From the NCBI RefSeq assembly GCF_009914755.1, contig NC_060936.1: DNA of 64,000 nucleotides. The stretch is one strand, 5' to 3'. The DNA is from the human T2T-CHM13v2.0 reference genome, Homo sapiens. How positions within the stretch are numbered: position 1 is the first letter of the stretch; every line of letters starts with the position of its first letter. The notes beneath the pieces were generated by a model. It was not told where the DNA came from, did not search any database, and worked only from the letters and a program-made list of their open reading frames with translations. Made by a program: the position numbers and the translations under genes. Of the stretch, positions 27,156-47,944 are shown one piece after another.

Positions 27156-27613
27156 TGGACAAAAGTTGGCAGTTATGTGGTAGTGATAGGGACATAGATA
27201 AAAGACAGCAATTAGGAAGGAAAGATTTTTATATCCACATTTGTTATTGATTCAGTAATTCGGTAGTCAAGCAAAATCTTATCAACTCTCATATACTTGT
27301 ATTTTCCTCCTACAAATGATTCAGACTTTTGTTCAAAATTAAGCATAAATACATATTTATTTTGACTATCATTTTTTACACATCACTTCTTCCAATGGAA
27401 TTCTTTAAATATTAAGGAAATTTGCATACACAAGGAAGTGTCTCTCCAAAGGATTGCCTAACTCAAAACAAAAGCTATAGGTATTTTATGAATAGAGCTT
27501 AAAAATCTTAAAAAATACTGACACTGAAGTTTTCTTGTATTACATTTATATTTTGTGCATTCTATTAATATACAAAGTTTGTCCTCTTCCTTTCTAAAAT
27601 ATATACTCATGTA

Positions 27614-27932
27614 CAGTAGTTTACCCCTTATCCCCAGTGGATGCCAGAAACCATATATAGAACCAAATTCTGTGTATGTGTTTTTCCTATACATCAAACT
27701 TATGATAAAGTTTAATTTATAAATTAGGCATAGTATGAGATTTATAATTGCTAATAAAACAGAACAATTATAACCATATACTGTAATAAAACTTATGTGA
27801 ATGTTGTCTCCCTCTCTCTCAATATCTAATTGTAATGTACTCTTTTTCAGACCACTGAAATTATTTTCAGACAGTTTCAGACTGTTGACCAGAACTGTGG
27901 AAAGTAAAACCAGGGATAAAGGAGGACTACTA
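27614..27932. mobile_element. MER44 (Tigger7-derived MITE)
   Basis: TIRs CAGTAGT..CCCCTTATCC / GGATAAAGGAGGACTACT with TA flanks. Confidence 0.8.
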
Positions 27933-28132
27933 TATTCACTTTTAAATAGTTGGATGAATAGGTTAGAACTGTTTTTTACTGTAACAGAATATCCAATCAA
28001 TTGATTTAAAAACATTATTGAATAAAAAATATAAAAACTCCCAGGAATAATATTTGATTTTTTAAAGCAGAGCTTGGCCCAGGAGGTCAAATGATTATCT
28101 TCTTTCCCTCTGTTGGTTTCATTATACTCCAG

Positions 28133-28210
28133 TCAGCTCTAGTCTCACATCATTATGAATACCAGCAGCTACGCTGGAGGACAAAACTTGCCTGTCTCTG
28201 GGTGACCCTG
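28133..28210 (+). pseudogene. CNTRL-like pseudo-exon (78 nt, phase 0-0, open)
   Basis: Strong polypyrimidine tract plus CAG and donor GTAAAA; HYEYQQLRWRTKLACLWVT aligns ungapped to QNECRKLRDEKETLLQRLT. Confidence 0.55.
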
Positions 28211-28821
28211 GTAAAAAGTTATCTCATTACATTTCATTAGGTCTGAGTGAGGCCCATGCAGAACCTTGATTTAATCACAGTGGCCAGGGAGATGTGAAAC
28301 TATCCCTCCACTCCAACTCTTTCCTCTTTCAAGCAAACTCCTGAAGCTGAGAAGAATGGGTGCATCAAGACACATGGAATGAGAATGGTGTTGAGGCATT
28401 TCCCTAAAGAATAACAGTACTATTACCAAAAAGGTGGAGGGGAGGTGATGAATAACAAAAATCACAGCTCATTAGAAAGTCTTCCAAACATGACTGTAGT
28501 CTTTGGTGATAGATTCATATATAAGACAAACATTTAATATTCTGTCTGAGAGTTCCTTACATTTAAAATATTTGGATTAAATTGAAGATATTCTGTTGGG
28601 CAGCAATAAAACTATTCACTAATCTACTACGTGATAGAAATGCACACAAAATTTAAACTTATGGTAGAATATATGAGAATATATGGACTTTGAATGAAAG
28701 AACTGTGGACTTTGAATCAGGAGATCTTGATTTATTTTCTCTGTTCTAATGCCTGTTTAACTCATCTAGACCTGAATTTCTTTTCTTCCTAGATATCTGA
28801 TGATTTATTCCTTACCCACAG

Positions 28822-29338
28822 TTATTAGTCAGGGTTCTCTAAAGGGACAGAGCCAATAGGATAGATGTATATGTAAAGGGGAGTTTGTTAAGGAGTATTT
28901 ACTCACACAATCACATGGTGAGATCCCACAATAGGCTCTCTGCAAGCTGAGGAGCAAGGAAGCCAGTCCGAGTCCCAAAACCTCAAAAGCAGGGAAGCCG
29001 ACAGTGCAGCCTTCAGTCTGTGGTCGAAGGTCCAAGAGTCCCAAAGCTGAAAAACTTGGAGTCTGATGTTCAAGGGCAGGAAGCATTAAGCACAGTAGAA
29101 AGATGTAGGCCCAGAGACTAAGCCAGTCTAGTCTTCTCACATTCTTCTGCCTGCTTTTATTATGGCCACACGGGCAGCTGATTAGATTGTACCCACTCAG
29201 CTTGAGGGTGGGTTTGCCTCTCCCAGTCCAATGACTCAAATGTTACTCTTCTTTGGCAACACCTTCACAGACATACCCAGGAACAATACTTTGCATCCTT
29301 CAATCCAATCAAGTTGCCACTCAATATTAACCATCATA
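28822..29338 (-). mobile_element. MLT2A-type (HERV-L) solo LTR
   Basis: TATTAGTCAGGGTTCTCT...CAATATTAACCATCA; 5-bp TSD CACAG/CATAG. Confidence 0.88.
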
Positions 29339-29927
29339 CATAGTTTCACTTTTCACTGCTTTGACCCTTTGTTTATGCTGTTAGAATTCTGATAAACATT
29401 ACATTATAGCTTCAATTCAGAAAGAATGTAAATATATCATTAGGTTATATGACCCAAGAGCTCTATATTTCTCTTCACTTGTTCCAATCCCTCTTCCACA
29501 TCTAGTAATAAGAATGTTTAGTTTTCTTCATGCAATTCTTTTTACTAATTTAAATTAATTCCTGGATGCTGTGCAGTTAATTTGCCGTTGGTTATAAGTT
29601 TGGGTTTTTTGACATAGATGTTTTCACAGGCTATTACTGATACATAGGAGAGTTAGTAATTTTTGTATTTTTATATACAATATACTTTTCTAGTCACTTT
29701 AATGGACTTCTAGCAATTGTAATATTTTTATGGGATTCTGTAATGTATTCCTGGAATAGAATTATGTGATATGTAAATAGTAATTTTATCCCCATTTTGT
29801 TTTATCTGTTTTGTATTTTATTTTCTTGGCTGGAGTTTCCAAAAACAACAGGGTGTTTGTCAGTTATTGGTTAGAAAAACAAGTAATTGAGTTTCTTGTT
29901 TGGATTTCATGCAACCACATAAGCTTA

Positions 29928-30413
29928 TTAAAAGACAATTCACCATGGCATTTCCATATATCTTGTATTAGTTCTTGTTCTGGACTATCGTCCCAAGGTT
30001 GTTTAATAGCAGATAGCCTTGAAATATAGCAATAGTGTTTCCTTCTGGGGCAGAGAATAGATTTATTTGATCAGGATAATAAAGATAAGGTCCTTCTCCC
30101 TGTACAAAGTTTGCTCGAGTTTTCTGGCAGCTGCCTTATAAGATTGAGGTGTCATAAATTCAGGATTTCTCAGCTGTGACATAAAGCCACTATGCGTGAA
30201 GCATCTACCCATATGGCTTCACATCACTCCTATGGGACTTGGGCAAAGGGACCTGATGTGAACATGAAGCTCATGCTGCCTGATACGCCATGAATAATAA
30301 AGTTCTTTGTCTCTGACCCAGCAGGCTCATGTCTTCTGCCAGCATTTATGAACCTGTCACAGGCTAACTTGATGCAAGCAGAGTAAGATCTCCAACTCTT
30401 CACTGCTCTTGAC
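29928..30413 (+). mobile_element. Old ERVL-type solo LTR (MER73/MER74-like)
   Basis: AATAAAGTTCTTTGTCTCTGACCCAG...CTTGACA end; subfamily uncertain. Confidence 0.55.
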
Positions 30414-30674
30414 ATTGCTGTCTGTTGATGCTCATGAATATTCTTGCAGCTGCTACTAGAGAATGATGGTTTTTCATTCTCTCCTTATGAATTTTTCATG
30501 ATTGCCTCACATTGTGTAATCTAACCAGAGCCCTACAGGCAAAAGTAACACAAATTCCCATAAAATACCATGTCCATTTGTGGATAACAGTTATTCTCTT
30601 TTTAGCAGTCATGATCTCTTTTTGGTACTCTGTAAATCAACTACAGAATTAGAGTTGCTTAAAAAAAATGGCCA

Positions 30675-31272
<598 letters not shown>

Positions 31273-31289
31273 ATCACCAACACATCCTA

Positions 31290-32400
31290 TATAAAGGTAG
31301 GAGAGTGAAGAGGAAAATAATAACATATACAAACATATAACAAACCAAGGGAGAAAATATCCATAGTTTATACAGTCCTAATTCTATAACTGGTTGTGAA
31401 GCCATTTTGATATTCGTTGTTCCCTTATTCTAATACCTGTTACCAAGTCCTTCAATTGATCATAAGTTAGTTTAGTTTTGTTTGTTTATTTGTTTCACCA
31501 AGTTTCATGACCCAAACCTTTATTCCAAATGGATCTGTTATTAATGCTTCTAACTGCATTAGATTGATGTTGTGTTCTGTTCTACCAGTGTATGGAAATT
31601 ATAAGAAGTGCCCCAGGGTATAGAATCCTCTCAATTCCATACTTTCTAATCCCCACTGTGTAGCGTCAGCCTTCTTTTTCAGTGACAATTGGAACCAGTC
31701 ACTTTATGCAGTACAATTCTCATTTCCCTTCCCTGCCTCCCTCAAAAACAACCCTTCTAAACAAACAGAGCACAGATTTGAGGGCATTAAAGCACAAAAA
31801 ATTCTTGATCTCTTTTCCACCCTCAGTTCCCAGACCCATATATTCTGAATATGGGAGATAAGACACCATAAACTGGATACTGTTTTAGAGTACCTAGTGA
31901 ATCTTTGGGACAGCATATCAACCCCTCATGGTCCATTACTAAATCTGCAACCTAGGTCAGTTTTTAATATATTATGCACAGTTCTCTCATGTTAGCAGCT
32001 TCTGTTGACAGTGTATGTGGTAATACTTTTGATTATCATGAATACGAGATTAAGAGAAGAGCTTTAGCTATTTTGCTATAAAACTAGTTCCTTGATCGGA
32101 AGTAATATTGTCGTTGGATACCAGGATGTTGAATAAAGCATCCAGTGAAAGTCAAATTTCTGCCATTTCCATAATGAAAGGAGAAAGGGTTAGATGGTTC
32201 TGTAAGAAATGGTACTGCATCAGATACTTTGTGTAGGTCTTTGCTGCTGGCAAGAATGTTATTTAGCAACTGCTGAATCATCTACCCCAACAATGAATTC
32301 AGGAACCTGGGAAATAACTCTAGAGTGAACTCATGGACCTAGGGACCTATTTTGAAAGAAATTTGAGCCAAAACCTCACTTATTTTCTGGCCTCCATAAA
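31290..32400 (-). mobile_element. Old MaLR/ERVL internal remnant
   Basis: Degenerate MLT-int-like motifs (CCCCACTGTGTAGC, CCTCAGTTCCCAGACCCA). Confidence 0.4.
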
Positions 32401-32938
32401 TCCCCACTCTAATGAAGCATGAAGGCATTTTAGGACTTCTGGAATTTATGTCAGTTCAGAGCCAGTGCTCAGTTATCCCTGAAATTCCTACACATTTCCC
32501 CTTCTGTATTACATAGTCACCTGGCTAAATGGCTAAAGTTATTTTGATGAAGGCCAGGAAGAAGATTTTACTTGTGTCACTGTTGAAAGGTGTTTCCTCA
32601 AGTGGACCTCAAATGGACCTCAAATGGTTACTCAAGATGTAGTCATATGACCTAGATTTTGCCAATGATACATGTATACATGTGTCTTGGGTGTGGAAAT
32701 GTGTATTATGTGGGCAAAGTTGTGTTGAGGAAGGTTGATTTTCTGGCTAGTATGATATAGGCACTGGTTTGTTGAAAAAACACTACCAGAGGTTCTGATG
32801 TTCAGTTCTGAGTGTCACAGAAACCATACAGTAGTAGGAGATGACATTTTAGCTACCTATGTCTACAATATGGTTGGACATTTTGTCTGGCTGTTTAGCT
32901 TCTCTGTCTCATGAGAAGATTCTGTGATCTATCTAATA

Positions 32939-33231
<293 letters not shown>

Positions 33232-33337
33232 TACCTAATACCATTTAAATAAATTCTTTCTTTGTGGAGGTGATAGGAGTAGATTCTGTTGTTGGAGTAA
33301 AAATAACTTACTGAATCTTTTATATGGAACACTATAG

Positions 33338-33530
33338 GAAATTAGAAGTGCTCAGGAATAGAGTTTAGCCCACATTTGAACAAGTATTCTCCATAAGTAC
33401 GGGAAGATTAGGAGGACATAATGATCAATACAGAATACCATGCTAAGGAGAGATCAGTCAAAGATTTATTATCTCTATAGACAAGTGCAATTACTGAGCT
33501 AGTAGCAAATCAGTATCATCATGCCCTCTC
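33338..33530 (+). pseudogene. CNTRL-like pseudo-exon remnants
   Basis: EIRSAQE* ~ ELESALQEQ; NTEYHAKERSVK ~ DAEANQLKEELEK; from 33481 SAITEL ~ SALQAEL. Confidence 0.5.
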
Positions 33531-33539
33531 AGTGGAGGA

Positions 33540-33770
33540 GAGTGAGGGCTGAATGAGAGCTGCAGATCTGAGGCTAAATCATGGCCCCACATACTAGCTG
33601 TGAAACCTTTGAAAAACTGCTTAATCTCTTGTAGTCAACTTTCATATCTTTCAAGTGGGAATGGTAACACTTGACTTTCAGAGTCAGAGTCATTAGGATT
33701 TAATGAGAAAATGAAAGTGCCTACCGTAGAGGTTGATACACAATAGATGCTATGTAACTATGAATTTCTT
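33540..33770 (+). mobile_element. MIR
   Basis: ACTAGCTGTGAAACCTTTG...CTTAATCTCT core. Confidence 0.65.
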
Positions 33771-34135
33771 TACTCCATTCTCCTTTGCTCACTCAAAAGC
33801 CACAGTCTTAAAATTTGGCATATAGTTAGTGATGGTAAGGCTGTTATAAAATATGGAAACACAAATCTGATTAATTTCTGTATGAGTTATTACTTTTGAC
33901 TTTAAAAACCTAGAATAAATTCATCACATTTTATAGAACAGAAATACCTCCAGCTGGAAGCTATTAATTCATTCACTGTTTTGACTCTAATTTACCAACA
34001 AGTTATATAAATGCAATCAAAGTTCTTTTTTACCTCAAGTGGTTTAGTACCTACTTAGAGTAATGTGATCAAATCATAATAATATATTCTAACTATCTCT
34101 AAAGTGAAATATCAACAGTATATGCTAAAAGAATC

Positions 34136-34274
34136 ATTCTTTTCTTTCTTCTTCTTTTTTAGTAAAGATGAGGTTTCCTTATGATGCCCAGGCTAGTTTC
34201 GAACGCCTGGCCCCAAGTGATCCTTCTACCTCAGCCTCCCAAAGTGCTAGGAGGTGTAAGCCACTGTACCCAGC
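34136..34274 (-). mobile_element. FLAM monomer
   Basis: Single left-monomer sequence. Confidence 0.8.
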
Positions 34275-34684
34275 CTAAGCCTAAAAGAATAGCTTTAACT
34301 AATTCTCTGAACCTAGCATAAACTGATAGAATAAATCAACAACAATAACAAAGTACGGGCATCTTCCACCTAATATTCTCAATTAATACTTTTTTAAAAA
34401 TACGTTTTATTTTGGAATAGTTTTGGATTCACAAGAAGTTGCCAAAAAATAGTACAGAATCCCCATGTACTCTTTACTCTGCTTCCCCCACGGAAATCAT
34501 CTTATAATACATTGTCAAAACCAGGAAATCAATACTGGTACAACAATACTGGTATTGTACTTTGGTACAATACCATTGAATCAAATATAAATCCTTACTC
34601 ACATTTCACCTGCTTTTCATGCTCCTTAGTTTTTAGTATCCAAATGTATAGAATGCAAGTATCTATCAATCCATGTTTTATCAG

Positions 34685-34763
34685 ACAATATTTATTTAGA
34701 AAAAGTACAGTAATTTCTTCCAAATTCAGTACAAAATTAAAGGATGTGCAAAAACCTGTTCAA
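34685..34763 (+). pseudogene. CNTRL-like pseudo-exon
   Basis: gttttatcAG acceptor; SSKFSTKLKDVQ ~ NSELHAKLKHLQ (within track ORF 34512..34847). Confidence 0.6.
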
Positions 34764-35227
34764 GTTACATTCTGTATACAATTGGGTACATTGTTAGAAT
34801 CATATGCTAGACATTTTGAAAAGGATACTGAGGGAATATGCATTTAAACTCCCCTCCATCTACAAGTTTTAAGTCTCTGTCTTACTTGTTAAGTAAAGTT
34901 CATCACAGAAAATTTTCCTGTTTTTGGTTGTTACTTTTTGTGCACATTATATCTAATAAATTTATTTTTTTCTGCCTATTTACCATAGTACAGCATGCAA
35001 AATCTACGTTACCATATAAAAAGCAACAGTTGTGTTTTTTAAACACAATGACTGATGATCTGTAGAAGCTATGTTTAAAGCACTATAGATCTTAACACCA
35101 CAGTATCCTATTATATTTGTATTTACTAGGTTTTAGTTGAATTTCAGAAAATTTGCTGGTGAATTTGGGATGAACTATAATGCATTATAGTTTTTTCTTT
35201 AAAATAATAATAGGCTCTTGGTTAGTT

Positions 35228-35531
<304 letters not shown>

Positions 35532-36853
35532 TAGGCTATTGGTTAGTTTTCTCAGACAAAACTTTTGAGTTCCAAAAACAGATTACTAACATGTGGGAGA
35601 TGCTATTAATAGCATATGGATTTAGTAATGTAGAGGTTCTCTAAGGCAAATAAATATTTGGAATGGGATAATTTAGATATTACATTGGATAAACTGGTCC
35701 ATCTAAGAAGTTAAAATATGACTAAAATAATACTAAAAATCAGTGAGAAAGGAAGATTTTATTCAATAATATGATGCTGAGGAAAAACTTTCTGAAAACC
35801 AAGAACTTTAAACATCTTAGCCTATAATCTTTGTTTCTACTCATTCTCTTCCCTTTCCTGGAAATTTTATTTTTCCTATTTTCTAACTTGTAATAGTCTA
35901 CTCTTCTCTCAAATGATAATTCCACTGCCCCCTCCACAGCTCTTTCTTTTCCTCACTATCGCTAATCCCACTCCCATTCCCCCAAGACTTCCCTGGATGT
36001 TTCCATTGGAATGAGTTGGTCTCTCACTGGTTCCCCTAAAGCACATGGTCTCTGCTTGTCTTATAGCACACATTTAATAATGCTTTGCATTGTAAATGGT
36101 ATTAGTGTTGGTCCCTCTAGTTCTAAGACTGAGTGTTGAGGGGAATTTGATTCAAGGCATATCAAGCAATTCTTTCTGATTTGCCACTGGGGGGAAATTT
36201 ACAGTGCCAGAAAAACAAGATTAGGTCTGTTGAAGAGGGGTTAAGAAATGTGGCCAAACTTGCTTTTCTTTCTTTTTGGATTTGAGAATACTATCCATGG
36301 ATGTTGATAGATGGTTTCCACCTGGTGAATCCTGGCGCTCTACTCAACCCTCTTCTCCTGTCTCCATTGAGTTCCAATAGTGCCATTACTTATCTCCTAT
36401 TCAGGTTTTCCTCATTGCAAAGATCCCATGACTTCTCTCAGTATAGATTTGTACTTTTATACAAAGCCTTAGACATAAATTTCTTATTACTATAAGTAAA
36501 TAGATTGCCTCAAATTAAGGGCATCTTTGTATCCTCCACTTGAGAGGTCCTATTTCTCCCCTACTTTTAATTATGCCTAAGAAGATGCAGATAAATTATC
36601 TTTATTTCTACAAGATATTGGTTATGTGATTCATTCAAGCTTGTAGATGAGAGCAAAAGTTATATTTGAGTTTGGTGTTGAAATAAAAATCAAGGCTCTG
36701 AGGAGAAAAGGATTTTATTTGTAGGTTATTTTTATCCTATGAGCATCTTTGCCTGGTAGCATTTAAATCAAAGAATTTAAATGTTAATGCAGTTTCGTAT
36801 TTATCTTTCAATAATATTTTCTCTTTGGAAAATTCTGATTATGTTATTTGCAG

Positions 36854-36945
36854 TTATAACACTCAGCTTAAAATTCATGCTTCAAAATTTGCAATCAAGG
36901 AATTTTACTCAGAACTTGGCAGTTAGAGTACATGAATGTGCAATA
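36854..36945 (+). pseudogene. CNTRL-like pseudo-exon
   Basis: ttatttgcAG acceptor; LKFMLQNLQ ~ LKQQLKDFQ and AVRVHE ~ AARVDE (within track ORF 36781..37011). Confidence 0.65.
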
Positions 36946-37989
36946 ATCTCATTTGATTATCTTTCTTTTCAAGAGATTAACACATTTCATGAGTTATTAG
37001 CATTACTTTAATAAGCCCATCTGCTCAGTATCACCTTTGTATGTTTTATTTAGCATTGATTGTGAGAGCTAACTGAATGCTCCGTATATACTGATAAAAA
37101 TCTATGTGGAAGGGATCTGGCATCTCTCTGTTTTGTGTGTTAGATTCTGATTAAAATAGATGACTTGTTATTTGAAAAACAATAGAGGCTTCAAATATTG
37201 TTCTTGGCTTCTAAATTAGTTTGTTTCCTTCAAATAAATTCAATATTTTTAGGTTTTGCCAGAAAATTGTCAAAAAAAAAAAACCTTTCTAGCAGTTTGT
37301 TTTTTTCCCAAATGAAGAATGTGGAGATACTTGGAGTTGAAATAATTACTAGTTTTGTCACAGTGGGTTCCTATTAAATATTACAAACTGCAAATTCAGC
37401 ATTGCCTGTTCTGATGAATGCCCAGTATGCAGTTATTTTGCTCTTAGGGTAGACCATGTTGAGATTATTTAACTCTTTGCAAAAGGAGAATGCAAAATAT
37501 CTATGAGCTTTTATCTGTCTATAAAAAGAGCAAGTTTACGCACATGTAGATGTCTCGTCTTCCCGCTTTCCTCTTCCACCAACACTGCTTAGAAGAATCC
37601 TTCTCAGCCCACTCAGCTTCCTCTTCCTTAAGGAGAGTTTTAGGTATTAGTCCTTGGGCTTTTGTGATGGAAATATGGAGAACTGGTAGGGAAAGTCTAG
37701 AGATGTGAGCAGTGGGGGAGGCATAAGAGCAAAGACCGGGGCCGCTCTAGTTTCTTCATGGGGTTTGGGAAGTTGGAGGAGAATTGAAGGTACCTTACAA
37801 GTTCAGCTGCAGAGGGTGACAGAATTAGATTTTAGAAAGAGCTATTGTGGATTAGAAATTGTACCTTTCAATGGTAATTGAAAATTGAAAGCATTTTATA
37901 ATTAGATTAGAATTGATCAGTGGATTAGATTAGTAGATTAGTAAGAACTCAATTTCTATAGTATTTGATTTCTTTCACTCTAGCAATTT

Positions 37990-38372
37990 GGGGCTGCTTT
38001 AACAGAAATGTAGGGCAGCTCTCTCTCCTCTGGTCCCCTGCCCTGGAAATTTTAGCTGCCTTGGCCTCCTCAGACTCCAAACTCTGTCTCTTAACCTGCG
38101 GAGTCAGCTGGGCTATTCCTGGGTTCCCTCTCTGCACAACGGCCTGGGAGCTCTTTCCAGACAGGAAACTGGGACACGCTCTTACCTCATTTGTTTCAGC
38201 CTCTCATTGTCCTGTACTCTTTACTACCTGTTATGCACTGCCAGAAAACTCTTGGTTCTTACGTTCTTTTTCTGTTTTTGTTGTTGCTGCTGTTGTTCTT
38301 GTTGTTTGGTTTTGTTTTAGTTGTTTAAGGTGGGAGGGTAAATGCAATCCTGGTGATCCCATTCTATCCAGA
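37990..38372 (-). mobile_element. Old L1M 5'-end fragment
   Basis: GGGAGGGTAAAT...CCATTCTATCCAGAA resembles the L1MC/MD 5' terminus. Confidence 0.5.
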
Positions 38373-39267
38373 AACAATCTTATTTTTTTATTCACCTTCA
38401 GCAGAAGAGGAATGCCTTCATCGTACTTTTAATCTGATCTGAAACCATGATCAAGTGACAGACTCACTCTTGACCTTACTCCCAGGCTTATTCCATGCTG
38501 TGGTACTTCTTCACCAGGATGCTGCTTCGAGCATAGTGAGAAGACACCTTTGGTTATTTCCCTACATTCTGTTTTACATTACTTTCCATTTTACTTTACG
38601 TTCACACCTACATTATCTTTTTTAGAGATTCCACAAGTTAAAAGTACATTATACTTATTTAGTCCACCAGATTTATCACTGAATGTCTCCATTTGTGTGT
38701 GTGTTGTATGGGAAGGGGAGTGAATTGTGTATATAGCTCTACACTCCCACATACCCGCAAAGACACGCATACTTACACATACCTCCAACATAAACAATGA
38801 CATACAACATATTGTGATGTTTATCCAGCTATAATAATTTGTCTGCAGTTTAACTTTGTCCATTTCTGGGTTTGGGTGTGGTCTACATTCAGTTCACTGT
38901 GATCCTTCACGCTCAGTATCATAGTAAGGTTTGTAACTAGGAAATTTAACTCATCTGCTGTTAAATCAATTATAGTGTTTTTCCTGTTTTATTATAAATA
39001 CTATCTAATTTTCCAATTCATCCTGGACTCCCTTGTTTCCTTTTCTTTGCTATGGTCAGCCAATTTCCCTCCTTTTGAAAAGCTTTTTAATGCTTTCCAC
39101 TTTGAATCTGTCAAAGGCATCTTTGAATCTAAGAAAGGCATTTTGAAGAGACACACAAGGACACTCACTTTGTGTATCCCCTCAAAATATCTTTCTTAGA
39201 TTTAACAAGATTGCTTTCTTTAATCATTTGGAAACTTCTGAAATCTTTGTTATGAACAAAATCTTCT

Positions 39268-45410
<6,143 letters not shown>

Positions 45411-46218
45411 TATGCACAAAATCTTCTACCAACCAGAGGAGCTCCTTTATATTAACATAGGCTTCCACAAAAGCCTGCATGCTCCCTCAAGAAATGTTGC
45501 CTATAGTATACTTCTGTAGCATATGAATATTTCATTTCATGTCTATCTGCTCAGTGTTTGGGAGCCTCTTCACTTGCATGTCTGTAAGTCACCTACAAAT
45601 TCATTTGCAAATGTGTGAGGATGTAGGCTGTTGCTACTAACATTATTATGTCTGCCTAGTTCTGAACGCTGTACTACCACATACAAGAAAGCACATAAAG
45701 AGTAAAACTGTGAAGCTCTTGATGATGACAACCCATTCACAGTTGGGTTTTCTCTTGTACATAATTAATACTTCAAGAAATAATCTATTTTAACATGTAC
45801 AGATTTCTCACAGAAAAAAAAAAGACAGATGGAATGGGGAATGCAAATGGAAAAATGTGATGGTACAATGAACTTTCCAGCATGCATTTTAAGTAATTTA
45901 CACAAATATGCTCTAATTTGTGAGCCAGAATAAAAATAGCATCATCTGAAAATAAAAGTTAAAACTTTGTCGAAAATTATAAGCCTTGATTTACACATCA
46001 CATTGTTACATTTTCCATTATTAAGCATACCATAAGGGCAGCAATCTAAGTATAAATATGCCCCTTTTCACAGCTGCACAATTGTTTTAATTGGCACTAA
46101 TTTCCTTCCAATTTCAGTATCATTTGTTTTCCTTGTGTGGAAAAGCTGAGTGAGTTTGCTTTCTGTATCAGTACACTGAGGAAAGTAACAAGAGGGCTTT
46201 GTTTTGCTTGCACATAAG

Positions 46219-46314
46219 AAAAATTGATCCATAATCAATATATGAAATACATTTTGTGAGAAAGCCTCCATCTTGCCCACTTGTTACACATACTGAGGCT
46301 GAACCTGGAATGAG
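46219..46314 (+). pseudogene. CNTRL-like pseudo-exon (96 nt)
   Basis: AG ... GAG|GTAACA; KLIHNQ ~ KLATGQ, CEKA ~ CERA, ends NE ~ MENE; frameshifted. Confidence 0.6.
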
Positions 46315-46549
46315 GTAACATTATTTTGATATATGCTTTGTTTGAGTTTACATTTTCTGTTAGGAATAGGCAGAAATTTGGTCTTTAGATTATGTTTGAA
46401 AATAATCCCATGTTTCTCAAGTAGTATGAATTGACAACCATAATATCTTCATTGAACTCTGTTTTTTTAATATTGTTTATTCTCATAAAATAATTCCACT
46501 AGCCTTATATACTATGAAGAATTAAAAAGCCAAGGAAATTGTATATAGC

Positions 46550-46707
46550 TTTTTATTTTTGTTAATGTTTAATTTTTATTTTTTGTAGTGATGGGGTCTC
46601 ACTATATTGTCCAGGCTGGTCTCAAACTCCCAGCTTCAAGCAATCCTCTCCCTTCCCCCAGGCTCCCAAAGTGCTGGGATTACAGGCATAACCTATCATG
46701 CTTGGTC
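46550..46707 (-). mobile_element. FLAM/AluJ monomer
   Basis: Single monomer. Confidence 0.8.
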
Positions 46708-46914
46708 CAATATATAGCTTTTTGTTGTTGGATGCTGCATGAAGGATTTTATGTCTTAGTTCTAAAAGACCTCAGGTTTTAAAAGTTCAAGATATTGGTT
46801 TAAGAAAATGTTAAGAAATATCTTAAAGGTGATAGTCAAGTGATTAGTTTCAATATGTTTTGAAATCATTCTCTTTATAAAATCACATGTGTTTTGAAAA
46901 CTACTGTATGAAAG

Positions 46915-47004
46915 ATCCTGGATAGTCTCAAAGTGCTAAGAATTCAATGGAGTCACTTGAAAGATCCTTACTGCAGAAGAGGCCCATCAGCAGGGAGAGT
47001 CATG
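46915..47004 (+). pseudogene. CNTRL-like pseudo-exon (90 nt)
   Basis: ILDSLKVLRIQ ~ LQENLKSMEEIQ; LQ/EAHQQGE ~ LQEADEEKE (frameshift); donor GTATTT. Confidence 0.6.
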
Positions 47005-47658
47005 GTATTTGGATGGGATGGGACACTCTGCCATGTAATGAGAGCTGTCTCTCCTGTTTTATGTAGCTCTTAAAAAGTTCATCTGAAAACTTCAAATATC
47101 TCTGGGGGGTCAAGTTATAGGGTAAGATGTTCCTCACAGCGAGGAATGTTTCATGCCTCTTTCTTTGGTCATTAAAGACAAAGAGTACAGTTTTGGAAAA
47201 ATCTCCTACTGTCTCTCCTGATCTGCAGGAGTCCCTGCACGGGGCTTTGTGGCCTTTTTGGGAGATAGACCTAGGGATTTGGGCTCAGTATCAACATCCA
47301 GGACTTTAAAACAGTTTGGCAAGATGCTTGGTCTTTTGCCACAATTTACTCTCTCTTTTCCATTTGCCCCTGACATAGTTTCTTAAAGAAGGATGTCAAT
47401 GTCAGAGGCCTGAGATGATGTCTTGCTCTTTCATGGCATCCCAGCGGGTAGCACAATGCTTGTCACACAGGAGGCCCACAACAGACATTTATTCAATAAA
47501 GACATGAGTTTATTTGTCTCATGCTGATAATACTAGGGGTCACAAACTGTGAAAATCATTAAGTATATCCACATGATATTTATTGCATCTCTCTAATCCT
47601 GGGTCAACCATAAATTTAAGACTGGGCGCAATCTGGATTTTAATAACATTTTCATTAG

Positions 47659-47920
47659 AATAGTATAAACGGCTGGAAGCTCTTGAAATTAAAAAGATAT
47701 TTATAGTTCTATAATTGTTTTACATTGTGTACAAGCTTAAGATAACCAGCCCGTTTGTTTCAAGTACCATATTGGTATCACAGCAACTTTCTTTGGAGGA
47801 AGTCATAATGAATGGGAAGTTGAAATGGTGATGACCTAAAAAGATAATTTAACAGTGACTGCAATGACTCCTACTGGGAAGACAATGCTAAATTTCAGGC
47901 GAAAATATGGACCCTTATGA
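47659..47920 (+). pseudogene. Two CNTRL-like pseudo-exon remnants (47659-47696; 47765-47920)
   Basis: RLEALEIKK ~ QLRELEKKK, with the donor apparently mutated (AAG|atattt); SQQL...KLK and VMT*KDNLTVTAMT ~ SQEQ...KLK, VATSDKLATAELT. Confidence 0.55.
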
Positions 47921-47944
47921 AGCTCCATATGCTTTCTTATTCAT

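Noticed and set aside
27458-28090. 210-aa minus-strand ORF
   Set aside because: Runs through MER44 and AT-rich DNA, has a non-ATG start and no recognisable domain.
37965-38432. 155-aa hydrophobic ORF resembling a membrane protein
   Set aside because: Antisense reading of an old L1 5' fragment plus a (GTT)-rich tract.
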